Of a DNA stretch of 14,713 nucleotides, positions 1 through 6,119 are shown piece after piece. Where the stretch lies: the NCBI GenBank assembly GCA_013166835.1, contig JABLTI010000070.1, forward strand, positions 1 to 14,713, given 5' to 3'. Within the stretch, counting starts at the first letter, position 1, and each line of letters opens with the position of its first letter. The DNA comes from Promethearchaeati archaeon. GTDB lineage: Archaea > Asgardarchaeota > Heimdallarchaeia > JABLTI01. The notes beneath the pieces were generated by a model that had not been told where the DNA came from, did not search any database, and saw only the letters and a program-made list of their open reading frames with translations. A program made the translations under genes and the position numbers.

Positions 1-131
1 AGATATAAAAAGGTTTAAGTTTGTTACTGAAACAAACCTTAATATTATTTTTTTGTTGAATCATATAGAAACTTAAAATAATGTAAATGCCTTATATAAT
101 ATTGATTAGCTTATTTGTGGTGATGGGAGCT

Positions 132-1301
132 ATGAAAAGGAATAAAATTAATGTGAGAAATAAAAGGGATATAATTTCGAAAATAACTTTGTTAGTTATT
201 TTAACTATTGCATTTATTACAATTTCAACTTGTAACAAAGCACTTGTTGTTTCAGGAAAATATGTAATGAAAGAACACAATTCTATTCTATTAGATGATG
301 GTGAGAGTGGATTTATTTTATATATACATGATGATATTGCATTCATCGTAATTCAAAATGCTTCTCAAGTGATTGAGGATACGAGTAGTTTACATTTAAT
401 TAACGTGCAACAACCTGAAAATCCAGTTCGACTTGGAATTTATGACATTGCCATTCATTATCGTATTCCAAAACTTATAGTGAATGATAATATTGCATAT
501 CTATTAAGAGAAAAATCTCATTCAGGTAATTATAATTGGACAGTAACACTGCTAAATATTGATAATTTACAAGTTCCAGCTTTCTTAGGGGAAACATTGT
601 TGGAAAACAAAACTATTCCTTCTGATTTTACTCTTTATAATGATTATTTGTACGTTAGTACGAATTCTTCATTAGATATTTTTGATTGCAGCAATCCATC
701 GTCTCCTGTGAAAGCTGCGAATTACTCATTGCCTACTGGGTATGTGCATATCAACAATGATTTCTTGTACATAGTTTCTGATTTCGTAAAAATATATGAT
801 TTAGCAAATCCTATTAATCCTATCTTTTTGGGGGAAGTCAATAGTACTAAGCACACCTTAGCAGGAAGCGGGTTGTATAAGAACAATATAATCTCGGCTT
901 TCTGGTGGTCAGGTTTGCAAAGTTATAATTGTACTGAACCATCTACTCCTACAATTATTGGCAATTATGGGTTTCCTGCTGATGAAACTGAACCTGGTGG
1001 ACAAATCCATGACATGGAGATTCAGGGAGATCGGTTGTTTGCTGGAGGACGAAAACTATTTGTTTTTGATATCAGTAATCCACAAAAACTTCAAAGGATT
1101 GCTGTGAAATACATAGGGAGCCGAGACACATACGGTATCTCTGTATCAGGTAATTACATTTTTGCAAACATTCACAATAACATCAAAGTATACTACTTTA
1201 GTGAGAGTTTTCTTGAACGCAATTTAGGATTAGGAATTGGAATTGGTATAACAGTTTTGATTGGAGGTTCTCTCACTCTTCTAAGGAAAAAGAAGAAGTA
1301 A
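132..1301 (+). CDS. Membrane-anchored extracellular LVIVD-repeat (beta-propeller-like) protein
   Basis: Repeated motifs LHLINVQQPENP, LDIFDCSNPSSP, VKIYDLANPINP and LFVFDISNPQKL. N-terminal hydrophobic signal segment; C-terminal TM helix followed by RKKKK. ATG at 132 follows GTGGTGA/GGGAG and is preferred over the ORF-track start at 87. Confidence 0.85.
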   Translation: MKRNKINVRNKRDIISKITLLVILTIAFITISTCNKALVVSGKYVMKEHNSILLDDGESGFILYIHDDIAFIVIQNASQVIEDTSSLHLINVQQPENPVRLGIYDIAIHYRIPKLIVNDNIAYLLREKSHSGNYNWTVTLLNIDNLQVPAFLGETLLENKTIPSDFTLYNDYLYVSTNSSLDIFDCSNPSSPVKAANYSLPTGYVHINNDFLYIVSDFVKIYDLANPINPIFLGEVNSTKHTLAGSGLYKNNIISAFWWSGLQSYNCTEPSTPTIIGNYGFPADETEPGGQIHDMEIQGDRLFAGGRKLFVFDISNPQKLQRIAVKYIGSRDTYGISVSGNYIFANIHNNIKVYYFSESFLERNLGLGIGIGITVLIGGSLTLLRKKKK

Positions 1302-1782
1302 ATAACATGGATACTATTAAGAGTCCAAACAACTATTTCTTCTTTTCTTTTTTTGTATAAGGAAAGAGTGGATATTATAATATCTACAAAATAAATCCTT
1401 GATTGAATAATAAATTAGTCCTTTCTTGATTATTTTCTATATGGTTTCTAATATTATCTACTGTTTCAATAAGAGAGGAATTCAGAGAAGAACAATCGAG
1501 GATCAAGTCAATTTTTCTTCAGCAAAAAACTCTCTCTTAAAGAAACTATTTGCTTTTAAGAATTATTAATTTTTCTTGAACAATATTAATTTCTTTTTAA
1601 AAGCAACTTACTTGATAATTCTAAGTAGAAAATAATATGTTTAAGGAATTTCTTAGTGAGTGGAATAAAAGAGACTAAATTATTTCCATTTTTCCTTTCT
1701 TTTTTGCCTTGATATTTTATGTATAGAAGGTTAATTTTAAAGAGGAAAAATGCTATAATATATTGTACTGGGGTAGGCTTAA

Positions 1783-1974
1783 ATGACCAGAAAAAAGTAT
1801 TGTCACGTGTGTGGAGCAGAACAAGTGAGAGGATGGGGTAGGAAGCAAAAATTGGAACCAACACAAAAAAAGAAATATCATAGTTCTAAGAGAAGAAAAG
1901 TAATTAATCTTCTTCTAATGCTCATACACTTTTCCAAAGAATTCTCTTCTTTGAATCAAGATTTATCTAATTAG
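1783..1974 (+). CDS. Possible small basic protein with one CxxC knuckle (may be a remnant or spurious)
   Basis: GGGGTAGG just upstream of ATG; begins MTRKKYCHVCG; no second Cys pair; tail looks non-coding. Confidence 0.3.
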   Translation: MTRKKYCHVCGAEQVRGWGRKQKLEPTQKKKYHSSKRRKVINLLLMLIHFSKEFSSLNQDLSN

Positions 1975-1980
1975 AACTGG

Positions 1981-1994
1981 TAACAGTACTGTTA
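1981..1994. repeat. Perfect 14-bp palindrome TAACAGTACTGTTA
   Basis: Read directly from the sequence; function unknown. Confidence 0.6.
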
Positions 1995-2090
1995 ACATAA
2001 TCGACATTATTAGATTTATTACAAAATATATCCGATCACATCATCATCTCTTTTGTTGATTTTATACCTTCACTCTGTCTAACTACAAGT

Positions 2091-2111
2091 GTTGTAAAAT
2101 TATTTTACAAC
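2091..2111. promoter_or_regulatory. Inverted repeat GTTGTAAAAT-T-ATTTTACAAC, candidate protein-binding site
   Basis: Perfect 10-bp arms with a 1-nt spacer, about 30 nt before the structured segment. The regulatory role is inference. Confidence 0.5.
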
Positions 2112-2138
2112 TCAAAGTTTTCTGAGAGAGCATCAAGA

Positions 2139-2275
2139 ATTCCTCACTACGCCCGAGGAATCAGAAGACCACGGGCGTGGGTTTCCCGAGGGTGGAAGCG
2201 TTCAGCGGTTCTCCTTGGGTTCTGCTTCTCTCTTTTGCTTCTAATCATTAATTAGAAGCGTTGTTTTGTTCTTTA
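2139..2275 (+). ncRNA. Candidate structured RNA or ssDNA origin: H-type pseudoknot, long hairpin and terminator-like hairpin
   Basis: Stems 2139-2145/2155-2161, 2147-2154/2173-2180, 2185-2192/2212-2219 and 2237-2245/2251-2259. The non-Watson-Crick pairs in these stems are G-U on the + strand. Confidence 0.45.
2237..2274 (+). terminator. Hairpin GCTTCTAAT-catta-ATTAGAAGC followed by a T-rich run
   Basis: Perfect 9-bp stem, then GTTGTTTTGTTCTTT on the + strand. Confidence 0.4.
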
Positions 2276-2285
2276 TGCGTTGTTC

Positions 2286-2564
2286 CTATTTGATTCTTCT
2301 ATATGTTCCAGATTCCACCTTCGCTAATAATCCATCTGCAACCAATTTATCTAAACTGTATTCTATTATAATCCATTCACTTGGTTTATACATAATTTTT
2401 GAATCTGTGGTATCGTTTTCGACTTTTCTCTTAAGCATAACTTTCCACTCAAACTCATCATTTACATTAATTTTTGTTTGAATGATCTCTTCCAATTCTT
2501 TTGCACGTATTTCTATTTTCTCAGCACTCGGTGAGACAATCGTTTCATGATTTTTTTCTTTCAT
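2286..2564 (-). CDS. Small winged-helix-like DNA-binding protein (92 aa)
   Basis: C-terminal IIEYSLDKLVADGLLAKVESGTYRR fits the wHTH recognition helix plus wing pattern (L..L...G.l..v..G.Y). GTGA ribosome-binding site and a TATA box upstream. Confidence 0.65.
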   Translation of the reverse strand: MKEKNHETIVSPSAEKIEIRAKELEEIIQTKINVNDEFEWKVMLKRKVENDTTDSKIMYKPSEWIIIEYSLDKLVADGLLAKVESGTYRRIK

Positions 2565-2597
2565 TTTTAATCACTATTTTAACAAAAAAAATCGGAG

Positions 2598-2614
2598 TTA
2601 TATAAACTTTCACG
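2598..2614. promoter_or_regulatory. Archaeal TATA box, palindromic TTATATAA (2598-2605), between the divergent wHTH and histone genes
   Basis: On the - strand it reads CGTGAAAG-TTTATATAA (BRE-like plus TATA), about 34 nt before the wHTH start. The core is usable in both directions. Confidence 0.55.
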
Positions 2615-2664
2615 ACCAAAGTTGCCTTTTTATTTCTCTTTCCTTACTTCTTTTTGTGATTGTT

Positions 2665-2895
2665 TTGTCCTCTAAGAAAACTCTAATCCCTACTGGTACT
2701 GTTAAGCGAATTATGAAGGAAACCACTGGTATGATGATCAGTGATGCGTTCGCTGAAGACGTTGCTCAGAAAGCCACGGAATTCATCGTTACCGTTGCTT
2801 TGAAAACGAAGGTTTATGCTGACCATCACAAGAAACGAATTCTTAAGAAGAGCATGTACGACGTCATCGAATTAGCCGAGAGAATGAACGGGTAA
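2665..2895 (+). CDS. Divergent archaeal-type histone-fold protein
   Basis: LIPTGTVKRIMKETTGMMISD...ADHHKKRILK...DVIELA aligns by eye with HMfB-type LPIAPIGRIIKDAGAERVSD...ARHAGRKTIKAEDIELA. TTG at 2665 preceded by GTGAT is preferred over GTG at 2656. Confidence 0.8.
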   Translation: MSSKKTLIPTGTVKRIMKETTGMMISDAFAEDVAQKATEFIVTVALKTKVYADHHKKRILKKSMYDVIELAERMNG

Positions 2896-2897
2896 CT

Positions 2898-3794
2898 TCA
2901 CACCCGACTGGCATGCTCATAATACCCTAATTTTTCTTTAAAGTTTTTAATCCCATGGTAACTTATGATCTCGCTTACCTCTAACTCTAATATCGGTTTA
3001 TTCTCATCTACCTCTGCTTTCAGATTGTATTTCTGAATTCCTCTCCTCGCTTTGTCGAGGTCTCGTTTGAACGGAACAATAACAACGAAGCGTCCTTTCC
3101 CTTTCAGATGATTTTCCGCTGACAATAATCTGGTAATAAACACGTCCTCGTCGTATCCCTCAGCTCCAGTATGCACTTCGAACCAGATATACTCTTTCTT
3201 ATTATTAACTAATACGCGATGACAATTATCAGCGATGTAGTCTCCTTTCCCGTGCCAATGCGGAATCTTGCGACGAGAAGAATCAGTAGTCGTTATCTCA
3301 TCCTCAGTTAATCCTTGTTGGAGCTCTCGGAAACACCAATTACTAAAAACATCGTGATGAGGAAACGGTCTTCGAAACTTGCTCGGAACTAAGCGGTAAG
3401 GAGAACACGTTGGATACCCGAACCAATGCTCGAAGCGAACACCAAGCTTTGGCATAGGATAAGCTGAAACCAAACCTAAACGAAAGATACGAATCGAACC
3501 TCGAAGCGAACCAGTCGGGGAATAATACTCCCTATCAGCGTAGCACTCACCACTGTACAAGTGATTAAACAAACTATCATTCGAAAGATTACCGAGGAAA
3601 TCACCAAAGCACTCGTGAAGAAGAAAAGAGAAGTCATCCTTACTGAAAAGAGGACGTTGAAGAATCATATCAAGAAATTGTAGCTCAGAACTGGAAAGTA
3701 AATTAAAGGGAAGAGAACGAGCTGTCGGAGAACTAACACTACTCCAACCAGTCGGAAGTTTTGGCACAGAAGCGGAAGGGGAACGCTGAAACAC
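2898..3794 (-). CDS. Replication-relaxation (Replic_Relax)-like PD-(D/E)xK nuclease
   Basis: Ordered motifs HHDVFSN, YIAD and WFEVHTGAE resemble the family's H-D/xx, PD and ExDxGTE motifs, followed by the beta-strand FVVIVP. GTG at 3794 after GGTG is preferred over TTG at 3851. Assigned by eye, no HMM. Confidence 0.6.
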   Translation of the reverse strand: MFQRSPSASVPKLPTGWSSVSSPTARSLPFNLLSSSELQFLDMILQRPLFSKDDFSFLLHECFGDFLGNLSNDSLFNHLYSGECYADREYYSPTGSLRGSIRIFRLGLVSAYPMPKLGVRFEHWFGYPTCSPYRLVPSKFRRPFPHHDVFSNWCFRELQQGLTEDEITTTDSSRRKIPHWHGKGDYIADNCHRVLVNNKKEYIWFEVHTGAEGYDEDVFITRLLSAENHLKGKGRFVVIVPFKRDLDKARRGIQKYNLKAEVDENKPILELEVSEIISYHGIKNFKEKLGYYEHASRV

Positions 3795-3804
3795 GACAAG
3801 TAAC

Positions 3805-4013
3805 ACCAATAAAGAGTCTGAAAAAAGAACTAAAAAGACCACGAAAAACAATCAGTCAGAAAGTCAAAAAGTCACTTAAAAAAAGAACGAAAAAAAGCAA
3901 AAAAGAGACTTGGAAACAAGAAGAAAAAAAGAAGGAATCAAGAGAAAAAACAGTCGAAAAGTCCCTAAGAAAAAAGCAAACAAAAGAAAGAATCCCTTAA
4001 GAAACACGAAAAG
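3805..4013. repeat. A-tract-rich low-complexity block with recurring (C)AGTC/AAAGTC motifs
   Basis: Hand count of 37 A in 60 nt at 3841-3900. CAGTCAGAAAGTCAAAAAGTC (3853-3873) and CAGTCGAAAAGTC (3951-3963). Confidence 0.6.
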
Positions 4014-4688
4014 AGCCATGGACCCATGGTGAACTTGTTAATTGATGATCTTCCAGAATATGTTGAAATTGTTAGAGGGAATCCAAGACCAACAAGTATG
4101 GTCAATGGTGTTGAAGGGTGCGATGCAGCAATTTTCTTAGGATATCATGCAAAATTTGGAACAGCTAGATCAACTTTTGATCATACTTACAGTGGAGGAA
4201 GTATTCATAATTTGGAAATTAATGGTATTCCAGTTAGTGAGTTCTTATTAAACGGTTATACTGCTGGAGACTATAATGTTCCCGTCATAATGGTTGCAGG
4301 AGATGCTCAGCTAATAGAGGACGATATTAAACAATATGCCCCTTGGATTGAAACAGTAGCATTGAAATATTCTCTTAGCAGACTTGCTGCAAGGAGTAAA
4401 AGCATGATTACAATAGAAAAGGAGCTTAGAAAAGCAGTTCAAGTTGCGGCTAAGAAATTCAAGGATAAGAAAATGAAACCACTAATTGCAGAAAAAGAAG
4501 TTAAAGTGGGCATCACTTTTCGAACTAGTTTAATGGCAGATACCGCAGAATTACTCCCAATAGTTAAACGAATAGATGGGCTAAAAATAGAGTACACAGC
4601 TAAAGACATGATTGATGCCTATAATATTTTTCAATTATTAGTAGCTGCAGCAAGCGGAACTAATGCAATGATGCAATGGTTACAATAA
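4014..4688 (+). pseudogene. dppA: 5'-truncated M55 family D-aminopeptidase (DppA-like)
   Basis: Frame reads S-H-G-P-MVNL from 4014 and contains GYHA, HTY, SE and GD motifs. The N-terminal ~55 aa with the DxEG metal ligands and the Asp of DSHG are absent, replaced by the A-rich block. Confidence 0.8.
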
Positions 4689-4761
4689 AATCTCTACAGC
4701 GAAAGGTTCAACAGTAATCAAGCTATAGTATACATTAGCTAATTTATAGGTGGGAATAAAC

Positions 4762-4986
4762 TTGGCAGAACCTAAATGTCCAGAATGCGGAAAAAATGAA
4801 TTTGAATATCGATATGTTTTCCCTGAAGGGAAAACCAAAGAGTGGAAGGAAAGACAAATACAGCATCGTGCTGATGGTAGAAATGAACAATGGATCGCAG
4901 ATGTAAAGAAGCAATTCAATGAACAAAATCCATGTGCTGTTGTTTTCTGTACAGATTGTGGGCTCGTTATTGGTGTAGCAAAGTAG
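4762..4986 (+). CDS. Small zinc-ribbon protein
   Basis: CPECG ... CTDCG. TTG start at 4762 after AGGTGGG (ORF-track start 4750). Confidence 0.75.
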   Translation: MAEPKCPECGKNEFEYRYVFPEGKTKEWKERQIQHRADGRNEQWIADVKKQFNEQNPCAVVFCTDCGLVIGVAK

Positions 4987-5008
4987 TTTGTAGTTTCGAT
5001 AGATTTCT

Positions 5009-5851
5009 TCAATTCATTTTCGTTAATTTTTCACTTAGGTTCCATAATTCTTTTTGTAGTTTTTTATCTCGGGCAATTTCGGTCGTTTCCTTCATATCCA
5101 TTTTCATGAAATATTTCCCGGAAACACCTTCCATTTCTTGAGAAGTTACGAAATAGATAGCAATTTTTGCTGCATCACTTGGCATAGCTGCTTTTCGAGA
5201 TCTTAATTTTGTTATTAGTCTCATGCTTCTAAGTGATTGTCCAAGATTCGTTAGTGTGAAACCAGGTGTAAAAGTATTAACGGTTACATTTGAATTTTTT
5301 AATCGAGCGGCTAAATCTAAAGTGAACATAACATTATACAACTTTGATTCAGAATATGCTTTAAACCAACTAAATCTTCTCTTATCAAAATTATAATCAT
5401 CTAATCGAATTTTTCTCACAGCACCATAAGAACCAGAGCAAACGTTTAGTATTCGAGCAGGAGAACTAACCTTAATCATATCAAGTAATAGATTAGTTAG
5501 TAGAAAATAACCCAAATGATTAATTGCAAAAGCACTCTCTATCCCATCTTCAGTTAATATTTTCTTAGATGGCATAACGCCATGATTGTTAACTAAAATA
5601 TCTAGACGATTGTGTTTCTCTCTGAATTTTTTCGCGAAATCATGAATTGATTTTTGTGAAGCAAAATCACAAATCATAAGATCAAGTGAGGTTTTACCTG
5701 TTTCGGTTTTTATTTCTTCTAAAGCTAAGCGACCTTTTTCTTCATTTCTTACTACCATTATTACATGATAATCAAGCTCTGCAAGTTGTTTAGCAGTTTC
5801 TTTTCCTACACCAGAATTTGCGCCTGTTACAATACAGATTTTACCTTTCAT
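5009..5851 (-). CDS. SDR family oxidoreductase, retinol dehydrogenase-like
   Basis: TGANSGVG, LDILVNN, NHLGYFLLT and catalytic YSESK. Confidence 0.93.
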   Translation of the reverse strand: MKGKICIVTGANSGVGKETAKQLAELDYHVIMVVRNEEKGRLALEEIKTETGKTSLDLMICDFASQKSIHDFAKKFREKHNRLDILVNNHGVMPSKKILTEDGIESAFAINHLGYFLLTNLLLDMIKVSSPARILNVCSGSYGAVRKIRLDDYNFDKRRFSWFKAYSESKLYNVMFTLDLAARLKNSNVTVNTFTPGFTLTNLGQSLRSMRLITKLRSRKAAMPSDAAKIAIYFVTSQEMEGVSGKYFMKMDMKETTEIARDKKLQKELWNLSEKLTKMN

Positions 5852-5987
5852 AGTCTATTATTCCTAAAATCGATCTTTAAGGCAAGAAATATGTTTTTTC
5901 TGAAACCAAACAAATATAAAATGTTGGTATTATTTGATTGTATCAATATAGAAATTAGAAAATCGAATGAATTTAGAAGTGTGTACA

Positions 5988-6119
5988 ATGAGTGAAATAG
6001 ATTGTCCTTGTCCAAAAGTTGAATGTGAAAGACATGGAAATTGTGATGAGTGTGAGGAAAACCACACATCAAAGGGAGCATTACCTTTCTGTAAGAGAGA
6101 AGAAGGTGATAAAAATTAA
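5988..6119 (+). CDS. Small Cys/His-rich protein, DUF6485-like (43 aa, not in ORF track)
   Basis: Manual translation MSEIDCPCPKVECERHGNCDECEENHTSKGALPFCKREEGDKN*; pattern CxCxxxxCxRHGxCxxCxxxH...LPxC. Confidence 0.8.
   Translation: MSEIDCPCPKVECERHGNCDECEENHTSKGALPFCKREEGDKN

Larger units (their letters stand above)
2139..4013. mobile_element. Putative small integrated element (wHTH + histone fold + replication-relaxation-like nuclease + structured non-coding ends); left border approximate
   Basis: Visibly higher GC/CpG than the flanks, plasmid-type nuclease, and a sharp right junction interrupting an M55 peptidase gene at 4013/4014. No recombinase or terminal repeats seen. Confidence 0.6.

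Noticed and set aside
1470-1539. Nested inverted repeats TAAGAGAG/CTCTCTTA and GAAGAA/TTCTTC
   Set aside because: Short and low complexity; plausible by chance.
2110-2180. Programmed -1 frameshift at the pseudoknot
   Set aside because: No X XXY YYZ slippery heptamer at suitable spacing, and no credible + strand ORF through it.
2139-2230. Hammerhead or HDV-like ribozyme
   Set aside because: The - strand has CTGAACG...GAAAC and TTCCTCG, but the CUGANGA core and the flanking P3/P1 pairings could not be built on either strand.
3795-3851. Hydrophobic N-terminal signal or TM segment on the nuclease
   Set aside because: Artefact of T-rich sequence upstream of the better-supported GTG start at 3794.
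3761-4000. 79-aa Lys-rich ORF that superficially resembles a linker histone or histone tail
   Set aside because: Lys richness follows directly from the A-tracts; it has a TTG start without an RBS and overlaps the nuclease start. Not fully excluded without expression data.
2100-4030. Terminal inverted repeats or a target-site duplication for the island
   Set aside because: The reverse complement of the right end and the dppA junction sequence have no convincing match near the left border.
6019-6105. N-terminal extension of the dehydrogenase
   Set aside because: It overlaps the Cys-rich small gene in another frame.
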